A stretch of 64,000 bases of DNA from Octopus vulgaris (Eukaryota). Positions 46,051-64,000 of this stretch are shown piece by piece. The stretch is from contig OX597832.1 in the NCBI GenBank assembly GCA_951406725.2, positions 27,528,001 to 27,592,000 on the forward strand, read 5' to 3'. Within the stretch, counting starts at the first letter, position 1. Each line of letters begins with the position of its first letter. The translations under genes and the position numbers were made by a program. The notes under the pieces were generated by a model. It had not been told where the DNA came from. It did not search any database and was given only the letters and a program-made list of their open reading frames with translations.

Positions 46051-46846
46051 GATTACTCCATAAGACGTGTATTTGAAAAGCAAAACAGTGAAATCGCTTA
46101 CATTTACAATACGTAAACTTCCTTCGAAATGGTTCGTGCAATTCTGTTTCTTAAAGACTTCTTTATATAACTAATGATTTTTTTATTTTTTTAAAATCTG
46201 TCTTCAAATATTGTAACTCTAACAAGGGTCCTTTGCATAAGCTTTTTAAATAGATGTATGTGTGTCTGTGTATATGGTCAAATCTTTATTTTCACTGAAC
46301 ATACATTTTGCCTTGCTGTTAAATTAGGCCCACTAGTTAAACTATAGTGATTTCAAAGGCTAGGAATAAGGATCAAATCGACTTGTTTCGGTCTTTATTA
46401 AAGTCTCATCAATTATCTTTTAAACACTTGCGTTCCAACTTACCAACAGAAAATAGAACTTCTTGTGAATACTATAAATAAGACAAACCGAGCGATACAA
46501 GTAATAGAGGTGTGTATATAACAAAGTAACGATATATTTCAACGTTATTTCGCCATCTTAAAATGCAGAGGTAGGCTATCCCTGTCGAGGTTTTATTACT
46601 AAGCTACCGCAAGCCGTGTCTTTTTAACTTTGTAGCCTAATTTTGCGTCCACATTTAATATATATATTTGTTAGCAATAAAGCTTATAAAGTGCTAGTTA
46701 AGTTAGACGATGTATAACTATCGTGTGAGAACTCTGTGTGTCCAGAACACACCGAAGGAGAAGTCTGCCAAGAGAATTCCTGTTATTAGGACAAAGATTC
46801 AAGTTGCAGGTTTCACTGGCTGTAATAGTCACCAGCGTGTATATAC

Positions 46847-46916
<70 letters not shown>

Positions 46917-47411
46917 CTATGCATATGTATATAGCATTTAATGAATGGCAAAAGAAAATAAGTTACGTAATCACCTTCATTAGCTTACTGTCGGTTCACT
47001 CAAAAACATAGGAACGCTGAGCACTAACAACTGGTTATTAGTATCACTAAGCGAAGCCATAGTGCCTAAATATATGTATATATGCACATATATTATATAT
47101 ACATAGATACATGCATACGTACGTACATACATTCATACATACATGCATACAGACGTGCCGTTGCATCTCTGCATATATGAATGTATACATAAATAGGATG
47201 GGAGAGTTGTTCTGCAAATGGGAGAGGATATAACAAGCAAAGACTTACACAGTAAACGCTACCCTTTCATTTTATTTTATTATGTGTGTGTTTAGTACAT
47301 ATATTGGGAATTCGTAAGCATAAACCTAACTCAGGCTATACAGACACACAGGCACACGTATATATATACACACACACACGCACACATATACTCAGACATA
47401 CATATATATAC

Positions 47412-47448
<37 letters not shown>

Positions 47449-47535
47449 TATATATATATGTATGTATGTATACGTTTATGAATTTCTGTTGTAAGCCTAT
47501 ACACACACATATAAGCATACACACGCACACATATA

Positions 47536-47631
<96 letters not shown>

Positions 47632-47649
47632 CATCATCACCATCATCAT

Positions 47650-48850
47650 TTTCATATACACTCAACCGTTTAGACTGTTGGAAAGGAAAAGAATTCCAAA
47701 ATCGGGCTACAACAGGTAGCCTTAGATGCCAAGAACAACTCCTATTGGTTTACTGCAAGTAACCTTAAATGCCAAAACCCCTCTTTTTTCTATAGCTTTC
47801 ATTAATTTTTCATTCATTTGGAACTGTAAAATCAATTATTTGGCCCTTTCTATTCTCTTTATCTACAACTACCAAACCAGGCCTCCTAGCTTCTATTACT
47901 CTGTCAGTCTAAATGTTAATGTCCCACATCATGTACTTTTTACTTTTTAGTACTTTACTAGGTTCATGTTCATGCCATTAATCAGTGGGTTCAAATCCCA
48001 GCTTTCTACATAGCTCCCAGTGTGTTGCTCTCCCTAGATTGTCATGTCTTTTCTTGAATTCTTTCTGTGCCAGTATGCTACATTCATTTACTACATGAGT
48101 ATCACTTTCCTCTTTTGATTTGCATAATCTACATTGGGAATCTACTTGGTTTTGTCTATCTTGGTCGTTGTCCAATTAGTCCTTAATGCTTGATCTTACG
48201 AAGCTACTAAAAATCTTTTTATCTCCCACTTCAGCTTTCCTTTCTGCAACCATAACCATGTCTCTCTACTACTACTTGCTGCAACTATATTTGGGAACCA
48301 ACCATGCAACGCCTTCTCCTTCCAGTCAGATCATTTCTGTTCTTTTTTCTGGTTTTTAACTTCGTTTGAGTTTTTGATTTCCCTCTGTCTTGCTGTGACT
48401 CTAGCAGTTCTTAATAAACTTTCTTCACTATTACCAGCATACGAATCTATATGTACTCTTGCTAACTCCACACAGTCTTCTGCAAATATTAGCTCTCTTT
48501 CACCTTCCTTTCTAGAAAGATAAAAACTTGCTACTCCTGCCCTTGGGTGGATTCCTCCATTCATATTGAATTTCTTCCTAGTTCTTCTGTCTAGCTTTGT
48601 TAATTCAGTTTTTGTCCAATCTACAAAAGTTGCTGAGTATCTAAGTAATGATACTTCCCAAGTAATACTGCCCAAGACAAATATTAAAAGGGACAATGAA
48701 TCCTCCTGGAAAATTCCTCTTTTGATTTTAACTTTCCCTACGAGTGTGTCACCTGAGTAGAGATCTACTTTCCGTTTCTTCAAGCTAAAGCTAATTAATT
48801 CTCTTATGTTGTCTGCTACACTGAACATACTCAAACATTCACTTATCAAA
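47650..48850 (-). mobile_element. Decayed R4/Dong-clade LINE (RT remnant, zinc knuckle, RLE) with (TAA)n tail
   Basis: ECLSMFSVADNI...VKIKRGIFQEDSLSLLIFV, then DWTKTELTKLDRRTRK...YLSRKEG, then CRLCKSKEESDTHVVNECSILAQKEFKKRHDNLG, then MWDINI*TDRVIEARRPGLVVVDK..QIIDFTVP; (TTA)n at 47537-47630. Confidence 0.9.
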
Positions 48851-49108
48851 CAACTGACAAGCAAATCTGTGGTATTGAGCAGAATATTTGCTGTAGCCCA
48901 TCTTTTTATACCAAGACAAAACAATGTACATTTTAACAATTCCAATCAGTTGTGATCAAAAGTCATGAGGGTCACTGCCTAGTACTGCATCGGAGCATTT
49001 CTTCTTCTTCTTCTTCTTCTTCTTCTTCTTCTTCTTCTTCTTCTTCTTCTTCTTCTTCTTCTTCTTCTTCTTCTTCTTCTTCTTCTTCTTCTTCTTCTTC
49101 TTCTTCTT

Positions 49109-49182
<74 letters not shown>

Positions 49183-49877
49183 ACGATGATGATGATGATT
49201 ATTATTATTATTATTATCATTATATTCATTCATACACACATAATGGAAATATTCATCTTTTTGTCATATGATATAGATGTCTATTCTTCCCAATTATTAT
49301 TATTATTTTTCTGGGGTTTTTTTCAGTCAGATATAAAAATCAGACCGCTGACTGCCTGTTGTGTCGTTGTGTGCACTCTTAAGTGATTAAATACCTCATT
49401 TAAGACTGTACTTTCTAGCTCCATATATGCCTGTCTTTCCGTCTCTCCTTCACCCTCGCTCTCCCCTCCTCCCCTCTCTCTCTCTCTCTCTTTATGTCTT
49501 TCTCTAACTTTCCTTCTTTCTTTCTTTCTCCCTCCTTCTCTCTGTCTCAGTCCCTCATTTTCTCTCAACTAAAGTCTGGAATCAAAGCCGAAATGGTTTC
49601 CGGTTAAAGGTCAACGTTTTACTATTTTGATTTGTTCTTACCTTTAGTATTGTTGTTGTTGCTGTTGTTGTTGTTGCTACTGTTGATGGTGGTGGTGGTG
49701 GTGGTAGTGGAGGTGCCGTTGTTGCTGTTGTTGTTGTTGTTGTTGTTGTTACTTTTGTGGCAATATTTCATTTGTTCACGTTCTTTAACCAATAACCTAT
49801 CGTCTCCTTCAGCCCTTCGATACCTCGCATTTACAATATCTGTTAGCATCATCACCAGCAGTAGCTTCATCACCATT

Positions 49878-49915
<38 letters not shown>

Positions 49916-50059
49916 AATCGCCACCACTACCACTGATACCAAAGCTACCACCGCCACCATACATCATATACATATAGATGTATAAATACATATTTCGTTT
50001 TTGTATTATTGGCGTAATTAGCCTCCCGAAATACAATTATGCATATACATATGTATATA

Positions 50060-50129
<70 letters not shown>

Positions 50130-50199
50130 TAAATGCATATATGCATATATATATTATGTACATATAAATTCATATATATATATGTATATATATATACAC

Positions 50200-50247
<48 letters not shown>

Positions 50248-50307
50248 TTACATGCATGCATGTATGTATTGATATGAATATATATATATCTGTGTGTGTA
50301 TGTGTAT

Positions 50308-50349
<42 letters not shown>

Positions 50350-50699
50350 ATTAATATATATATATGTATGTAATATATAGGTATATAGATATGTATGTAT
50401 ACATATGTGTGTGTGTGTAGATATGTATATATATATCTATATATCAGATATATATATATAGATATATATATATACATATATATATCCATATATGCCCATG
50501 CAGAGAGAAAGAGAGAGAAAGAGTTTCTGAAGCCAAAAAATTAAAGGTGAAAAGATAAATACCAAAGCTACCAACTGATAGGCTGACGACATTTCTTTAT
50601 TTTATTTTTTTTTTTTCTTTCATATTTACAATGTTTACGTAGTTGTTTTTGACGATTTCCTTCTTGCCGTTATTATACTTATTCTTGTTGTTAGATTTG

Positions 50700-55890
<5,191 letters not shown>

Positions 55891-56195
55891 CCGTCATCTT
55901 TATTATGTTAAATTATGTTTTGTTACTCTGGTTTGCATTTCTTATGTCACTCTGCTATGCTGTAATATTTTACGTTAAACCGTCTGATATAATCTAATAT
56001 CACGTGATTGAATTTTTAGCCGCTATTTTTCTTTCATTAAAACCTTTTGCCCGTTGCTGCAATAATAATAATAATAATAGTAGTAGTTGTTATAGTAGTA
56101 GTAGTAGTAGTAGTAGCAACAGTATTGTTGGGCTGCGGCTTTTTAATTTAGTTTTCCTCATCATTTTATTTGTCATGTTATATTTTCATCTCTGA

Positions 56196-56392
56196 TCTTT
56201 TACTTGTTCAATCATCCGACTGTGGCCACGCTGGGGCAGCACCGCGAAAAACGTTAGTCAAACGAATCGACTCCAGTGCTTTGCAAAAAGCAAACCTTGG
56301 TACTTATTCTACTGGTCGCCTTTGCCGAATCGCTAAGTTACGAGGACATAAACGCACCAACACTGGTTGTCAAGTGGTGGGGAGAGGGATAA

Positions 56393-56400
<8 letters not shown>
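56196..56400 (-). mobile_element. SINE family A, diverged 3' module
   Basis: cttttacttgttc..gactgtggccacgctggggcagcaccgc...tttgccgaatcgctaagttacg. Confidence 0.7.
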
Positions 56401-56423
<23 letters not shown>

Positions 56424-56429
56424 GGAAGT

Positions 56430-56960
56430 TGATTGTTATGGTGTGTCATAGAGTGACCATTGGTTTCGCACCTATAGGGCACTTAGTCGTATGGCTGAAG
56501 GCACATAACCACACTAGGACTGGAGTAAGAAATACGTCACGGTCAGTTAGCTTTGAAAGCAAAAACTATTTGCCCACCGGGAAATACCACGGGAAAAAAG
56601 GTTATCCCCCTTACATCGGTTCCGGTCGTGGTGATATTCAAGGAAACTGCAACGGGCGTGTTCAAAGAATGAGAAATTCTTAGTTGTCGCTGGAAACGTT
56701 TTTGATGTGGGCATTGACTAAATACTTCTTCCCTGAAGTTTAAAAAGTTCACTGGTGAGGCGAGTTTTTAGGTCTCTTGCTCTTTCTGCCAAGCAAAGCT
56801 TACATCGTTTGCTCAAATGTATATACGTCCACGTTTGCTTAAGGAGCTGCCATTTAATTATACATGGTGTTCCTTCTTTTACGCGTCATACGCGGCTAGC
56901 CAGGCACGTGATATTGCGCCTTTCCGATATCTTAAAACAGGACATGTCGTAATGTAACCC
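56430..56960 (-). mobile_element. Penelope-like element relic: GIY-YIG C-terminus and 3' region with decayed hammerhead
   Basis: HYDMSCFKISERRNITCLASRV*RVKEGTPCIIKWQLLK...KRCKLCLAER, then after a frameshift FLNFREEVFSQCPHQKRF; matches the PLE pattern SF..T.L...W.LK...IKW...CxLCLxEK...LNxRxE...CxH. Confidence 0.8.
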
Positions 56961-56961
56961 T

Positions 56962-57133
56962 CTACTATAACAATGCCCTGACAGTAGCTTTAAATGTGAT
57001 ATACTACATCCCTTCTAGTAATAATATAAATCATAAAAATGGACGTAAAAAGAGATCTAGGAAAATAATTTGATTCGCCCAACCCTTTCTCCCTAAATGG
57101 TAAAACTAACGTAGGTAAGAGATTCCGCCCCCG

Positions 57134-57196
<63 letters not shown>

Positions 57197-57455
57197 TAAA
57201 CATTTCCCAGAAATTCACAAATACAGAAAAACTGTTAACAGACGCTCAGTTAAATTGAACAGCCCCAATATAACGAGTACTATTATCCATAAACACCAGT
57301 AAGAGCCCAGTTTCAGTTGTAACTGTCGAGACCCTAGAACTTGCCCACTTGACCAGGAATTCACGATAAACTCCGTCGTATGTAAGACAGATGTAGCAGA
57401 AATGCTGCCTGATAACCAAAGCGAAAAGAAGAATTACATCGGGTTATACGAAAGC
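56962..57455 (+). mobile_element. Penelope-like element relic: RT thumb/linker to the YIG motif (inverted segment)
   Basis: YYNNAL; RSRKII*F/PFSLNGKTNVGKRF; LNKHFPEIHKYRK/NRRSVKL; CNCRDPRTCPLDQEFTINSVVCKTDV...KNYIGLYE; interrupted by (CT)n. Confidence 0.8.
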
Positions 57456-57892
57456 GACCGTCCGTACCTGCTAACTCGGTTTAGACTCTTCTACTTTCCC
57501 TTTTGCTGTACTCCTTTAAATTTACTAAAGGCATTCTAAGGCTTTTGTAATACTGTTGTATTAGGAAAGCGTAGGCTTGCGTGTTCATCTTCCTCATACT
57601 GACTTACTTGAAGGTATTGTTCTACTCCGTGGGCTTTAATTACTACGGTCTGTGCTTAGCAGGGACCCTTGACTTCTTGAAGTCCGTTTTTGCTGAGCCG
57701 AGTAATTCTCTTTCATCCTCCCTTGGGATATATGTATGTGTGTATGTGTGTGCGTGTGTGTGTGTGTCTACTATCTATCCCTCTGTCTATCTATTTACCT
57801 TGTCTCTCGTTCTACTTACCTATCTATATATCTATCCATCTATCTACATATATGTATATATATTTATATATATACACATATATATACACACA

Positions 57893-58251
<359 letters not shown>

Positions 58252-58448
58252 CAACCATTCTGGATAAACTTCGTAGTCCTACTCAAGACAAATTTTACAT
58301 TAAATTCGATTTCTGCTTTAATTATTGAATATCCCCATCAGTCAATGGTCTGTTGGTGTTCATAAAATTACTTCATTTTTATTATAATAACCTTAGTTAA
58401 ACATTTCTATATAAATGTGTATGTTTGTGAGTGCATGTATGTAGATAA

Positions 58449-58527
<79 letters not shown>

Positions 58528-58918
58528 TATCATGTATATATATATATGTATATAACAACCTTTTACGGTCACCCTTCCATTCTTCGCCTCCATTACCATC
58601 TCACTTCCATTTTCCTCACCTTTCCCTCACTCATCTCTTCTCTTCACTCAATCATTCGTACCCTCTGCATACTAGCTCTGCCTCGCCTCTATCCGGCACT
58701 CGCTCATCCTTATCGAGCCCTGCCTCTGTCTCTCACTTTCTCTCTCATATACTTTTATTACCATTCGTTAATACTTAGTATTATTATTAGTAGTAGTTGT
58801 AGTAGTAGTAGAAGTAGTAGTAGTGGCAGAAGCAGCAGCGGTGGTGGAGGTGATGGTGTTGATGGTGGTGGTAGTGGTGGTGATAGTAGTGGTAATGGTG
58901 GCTTCGGCGATGGTGGTT

Positions 58919-58958
<40 letters not shown>

Positions 58959-58962
58959 CAGC

Positions 58963-59003
<41 letters not shown>

Positions 59004-59021
59004 CATTATTATTATTATTAT

Positions 59022-59054
<33 letters not shown>

Positions 59055-59058
59055 CAGC

Positions 59059-59089
<31 letters not shown>

Positions 59090-59222
59090 GCAGCAGTAGT
59101 AGTAGTAGTAGTCGTGGTGGTGATCGTGGTGGTCGTGGCGCTAGTGATGCTGATGGTTTTATGAAGAGTAGAATCATGAGGTTGTAAAAGGAAAGAAATG
59201 TAAAACTTAAAAAAAAAAAATT

Positions 59223-59281
59223 CAAAATGGCTGCAAGTGTAATTTTGTGACACCGGAAGTGAAGGGAAAACTAAGGTGAGC
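59223..59281 (+). promoter_or_regulatory. Candidate promoter / first-exon motif cluster (YY1-like, ETS, splice donor)
   Basis: CAAAATGGCTGC at 59223-59234, ACCGGAAGTG at 59252-59261, AAG|GTGAGC with GT at 59276. Confidence 0.35.
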
Positions 59282-59434
59282 ACAAATTGACGATAAATGA
59301 TGTTTCACCGCCAATTCTACGTTGCAGGATTCCATTTAATGACCTCGTAAAGACGGTAACAAAGCGAAAGAGACGTCGTTGGCAATTTTAAATATGTGGC
59401 TTTCAATTAACTTACATTTAAGTGTGTGGAGGTG

Positions 59435-59488
<54 letters not shown>

Positions 59489-59573
59489 CCTGTGTTTCTA
59501 TATACATGTCTTTATGCTCATACAGGTATGTGAGTGTGTATGTATGTAATGTATGTATGTATATGTGTGTGTG

Positions 59574-59639
<66 letters not shown>

Positions 59640-59652
59640 TATATACATATAT

Positions 59653-59687
<35 letters not shown>

Positions 59688-59748
59688 CATATATATATTT
59701 ATATATGTATGTATATATGTAAATGTATAAATATCTATATATCATATT

Positions 59749-59813
<65 letters not shown>

Positions 59814-60219
59814 GTAAATGCAAAAGTGGTTTAGGGTATATGGGGAACTGTGTCTGAGAATATTATTTTTATGCGCATAAATGCACCGATGCACATACTT
59901 ACGACCTATGTATTTATGTATGCTTTTATTTATGCAATTAGTTACCAATATACATACATACATACATATGTATTGCTTGAAATAACATAATATGCATTTC
60001 AATATATAGGGCACTCGATATTAAGACGAGGAATAATACAGTTGCATTAAAAAAAGCTGCATGAATTCACATATCTCGGTCGTTACGAGGAGTTTTTTTA
60101 TCTGTAGCGCCTTTTTCATTGTACATACCCACACGTACACAAACACGTGCGCACATACATACACACACAACCACACACACATATATATTTGTGTGTGTTT
60201 ATATATACTCTTTTTTTTT

Positions 60220-60624
60220 CTTTTACTCTATTACTTGTTTCAGTCATTTGACTGCGGCCATGCTGGAGCACCGCCTTTAATCGAGCAACTCGACCCCGGG
60301 ACTTATTCTTTTTGTAAGCCCAGTACTTATTCTATCGGTCTCTTTTGCCGAACCGCTAAGTAACGGGGACATAAACACACCAGCATCGGTTGTCAAGCAA
60401 TGCTAGGGGGACAAACACAGACGCACAAACACACACACGCATATATATATATACATATATACGACGGGCTTCTTTCAGTTTCCGTCTACCAAATCCACTC
60501 ACAAGGCTTTGGTCAGCCCGAGACTATAGTAGAAGGCACTTGCCCAAGCTGCCACGCAGTGGGACTGAACCCGGAACCATGTGGTTGGTAAACAAGCTAC
60601 TTACCACACAGCCACTCCTGCGCC
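60220..60624 (-). mobile_element. SINE family A, full length
   Basis: Reverse-complement match. Confidence 0.88.
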
Positions 60625-61039
60625 TATATATATATAATATATAAATTGGACATGGGCGATCGTTGTATTCTTCCTTGTCTTGAGGTTCACAGCCAAATGG
60701 CTGGGTGGATTCGTGTGAAAAATGGCACACATGTGGAGACGGGTGCATAGATTGGAATGCAGTTTGTATTCTTTTTTACCTAGCCCCCCCCCCCCCATAC
60801 TTACCGAGAAAACCGATTAAAACTTTTTCTAATGGAATTCCCCTCTTTCTTCTGCCACTAAAACAAACCAGTTGCTTAGAAGCTGTTTTCTGATGGGTGG
60901 GGCCAAGAAATGTTCATATAGCTGGAGGCTCCAATCGAAACAGGGGTCCCGAAATGATAAGGTTGACAAACGCTGTTATAGATTATGCCTAACTGAAAAC
61001 GATCACGGCCACATCATCCAAACAGACGTTAAAACTTAG

Positions 61040-61221
61040 TGCGCATGCGCAACAGAGTTCATGGTCAATCTATACTGAACCGCTTCACTCTCCGTGTTTT
61101 AGCTTCGTTACTATAGCAACAGTCCGGATACTTATTGATCAGGCCACGTATATATATTTCTTCACATTTCTGGCTTACGTATCGTTCGTATGATAAAGTC
61201 CGAGGAAGATGGCAGGTATGG
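61040..61221 (+). promoter_or_regulatory. Candidate promoter: NRF1 site, RFX X-box, possible ATG-GCA-G|gt first coding exon
   Basis: TGCGCATGCGCA at 61040-61051; GTTACTATAGCAAC at 61107-61120; AAGATGGCAG|GTATGG with ATG at 61209 and GT at 61216. Confidence 0.45.
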
Positions 61222-62365
61222 TGTTATAAAATACTTAACGCAGATGTGTAATTATGAAGTAACTATGAGGTGGATCGTAAAATTAATTATGATAATGATG
61301 TCTGGGGCATTAATTATGACAATGAGGCATCAGAAAAAAGCGTTCTTTATCTTCTTTAATTACATCCTAATTACGAGAGAGGAAGTTAGCATGTGAAGAC
61401 GGAGTGAGGCAGTATGGACCATGGATGTGTGTGGGAAATTGCTGCTTCTTTGTGTAAGTTCTCGGCAGCTTATAGGGGCTGCTGTTGTTGTTGTTGTTGT
61501 TGTTGTTAAGCAACAAGACGGGTAAGGGTGATTAGGTGATGGTCTAAGGCTTAGGGGCGGGAAACCCCGGACCTTGGAGAAAAAACTGGTGATGGTGGTG
61601 GTGGTAGTGGTGGTGGTGGAGGCGGTGGTGGTGGTGGTGGTGGTGGTTGTGGTTGTAGTGGTGGTGTTGGTGGCGTGGTGGTGGTGGTGGTGGTTGTTGT
61701 TGTTGTTGGTGGTGGTGGTGGCGGTGGTTGTGGTGGTTGGTGGTGGTGCTGGTGGTTATGATTGTGATCGTGGTGGTGTTGGTTTTGGTGGTGGCGGTGG
61801 GTTTGGTGGTGGTGGTGGTGGTGGTTGGTGGTGGTAGTAGTAGTAGTAGTAGTAATGGTAGTTGTTCTTGTTCTAGTGGCGGTGGTGGGGATAGTCGCTG
61901 CGGTAGTGGTGGCGGTGTTAGTATTTCTCGTATTGTTGTTGCTGTTGCTATTGTTGTGTAGTGGTGGTGTTATTGGTGTGGCGTTGATGATGATAGTAGA
62001 ATGGTGGTGGTGGTGGTGGTGGTGGTGGTGGTGGTGGTGGTGGTGGTGGTGGTGGTGGTGGTGGTGGTGGTGGTGGTGGTGGTGGTGGTGGTGGTGGTGG
62101 TGGTGGTGGTGGTGGTGGTAGTGGTGGTGGGTGGTGGTGGTGGTGGTGGTGCCAGTTGAGCCAGTGTTTGCCATAATATATCTAAGACTTCAACTTTTGA
62201 AACAGACGATTTCAAGATGGCGATGAGTCATGCACCTGTCTGCCGTAAACAAACATGATAAATACAGCCATGGGTGGATGAAGGGTGGCGAAGAAGGATA
62301 GGGAACGTACAGCCAAATGTCCCGGGTAGCTCATATATGGATATATATGTGCGCATGTAAGTGTG

Positions 62366-62400
<35 letters not shown>

Positions 62401-62581
62401 CGCTATGTTTATAAATATGCGCGCGAGTACATATATGTGTGTGTGTGTGTGTGTGCGTGTGTGTGCGTGTGAGTATTAATCTACACACACATATGTTAAT
62501 ATAGTAATATATATCTAAACATATATGCGTGTGTGTGAATATATACATATATATATATACATATATACATACATGCATATA

Positions 62582-62612
<31 letters not shown>

Positions 62613-62667
62613 GTCTATGTATACATATGTATATATATATATATGCATATATACATTATACACAAAC

Positions 62668-62702
<35 letters not shown>

Positions 62703-63479
62703 AGCACACATATACATATATATATATGTATGCATGTAGATGTATGCATAACCGAGCCTAATGTATTGGTGTAGTTTCCTGATAACCTATACCACTGGTA
62801 ACAGTGAAAAGGGTGGCAGTAGAAGATGGAGTTCTGCTGCATCTGCCCTGCAGGCATGTTTAACGTGTGCATACATGTATGTATGTATGTATATGCATTA
62901 TGCATATATGTACGTATGTATCTATGTATGTATGTATACATACATACATGCATACATACATATCTATATATGCATGAATTCAGATAGACACACACAGGCA
63001 CACACACATATACATACACACACACACACATATATATATGTGTGTATATATATATGCAAATTTATGTATATGTATATATATGTGTGTGTGTGTGTATGTA
63101 TGTATATATATATATATATATTTGTATATACATACACACATACACACATACATATGAATATATGTGTATATACGTATGCATGTATGCATGTATGTATGTA
63201 TGCATGTTTGTATGTATGTATGTATGTATGCATGCATGTATGTATGTATGTATGTATGTATGTATGTATGTATGTATGTATGTATGTATGTATGTATGTA
63301 TGTATGTATGTATGAATGCTCTTCTAAGCGCATACATTATTGGTACAAATCAAGATTAATTGATGTATATGGGTCTGAACACTCGTTCTATACATAAATG
63401 TTCGTGCGTCGAGGAATTGCACAGACAGACATACAGACAGATAGATAGACAGACAGCTATATATATACTTGTGCCAGAC

Positions 63480-63828
63480 TTTGGCTTCGTCAGTTACATA
63501 AACAGCTGGACGGGGCGCCACTGCATAGTCCCAAAACCCCCAACATTGCCATCAGGTTACAGAACCGGATACTTCAATATCCTCCCGCAAAGCCTCAGAG
63601 ACCTGCACGGGATGGATGTAGGCTTTTTCAAAACAAAACCGGATCCCCTTCTGTCAAGAGTTCTGGATGAACCTACCTCAAGGCAAGAAACACAGATGAG
63701 GGCAGCAACGTCCAGACACCCTCATCTACCAAATGTCACAGATCAGAGGAGGTTTAGTGAAAGTATAGCAAAGTAGACGGCGGTGCCCCAGCATGGCCGC
63801 AGTCCTTGAACAGAAACTAAAAAGAAAA
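63480..63828 (+). mobile_element. 3' end of a CR1/L2-like LINE (clade uncertain)
   Basis: GRHCIVP...FNILPQSLRDLHGMDVGFFKTKPDPLLSRVLDEP...RAATS resembles the FNxLPxxxR....FKxxLDxxL..PDEP LINE C-terminus; followed by a GGCGGTGCCCCAGCATGGCCGCAG tail. Confidence 0.75.
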
Positions 63829-63838
63829 TCCATACATA

Positions 63839-63985
63839 GGCGCAGGAGGGCTTACCAGCCACAAGATTCTGGGTTCAGCCCCACTGCGTGGCACCTTGGG
63901 TAAATGACTTCTACTATAGCCTTAGGCCGACCAAAGCCTTGTGAGTGGATTTGGTAGGCGGAAACTGAAAGAATCCTGTCGTGTA
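63839..63985 (+). mobile_element. SINE family A, 5' module
   Basis: GGCGCAGGAG head...ACCTTGGG..GGCCGACCAAAGCCTTGTGAGTGGATTTGGTAG. Confidence 0.8.
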
Positions 63986-64000
63986 TATATGTATATATAT

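Noticed and set aside
60760-60975. Possible hAT element ending GGTTGACAAACGCTG|TTATAGAT
   Set aside because: Only one TIR-like end is identifiable; the extent cannot be supported.

Overview
Repeat-saturated animal genomic DNA. It is most likely an octopus or other coleoid cephalopod, inferred from the SINE families and extreme microsatellite density. Almost all ORFs in the supplied track are microsatellite artefacts. The only well-supported host coding sequence is the last two coding exons of an alpha-arrestin (ARRDC-family) gene on the + strand (4590-4772 and 11235-11492). The rest is microsatellite plus mobile-element relics: three tRNA-derived SINE families, a stack of R4/Dong-type LINE 3' ends in (TAA)n, RTE and CR1/L2-like LINE fragments, a non-autonomous Helitron, hAT and mariner MITEs, and Penelope-like elements. 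The most striking observation is a short element present twice (15691-15920, 57993-58218). It is built on a long palindrome, perfect over 158 bp in copy 1, and each arm folds as a type I hammerhead ribozyme, so both strands encode one. Other notable items: an internally inverted Penelope GIY-YIG relic, a mariner MITE holding an inverted copy of neighbouring DNA, a likely SINE/LINE partner pair, and promoter-like motif clusters at 59-62 kb. All calls were made by eye, without database searches.
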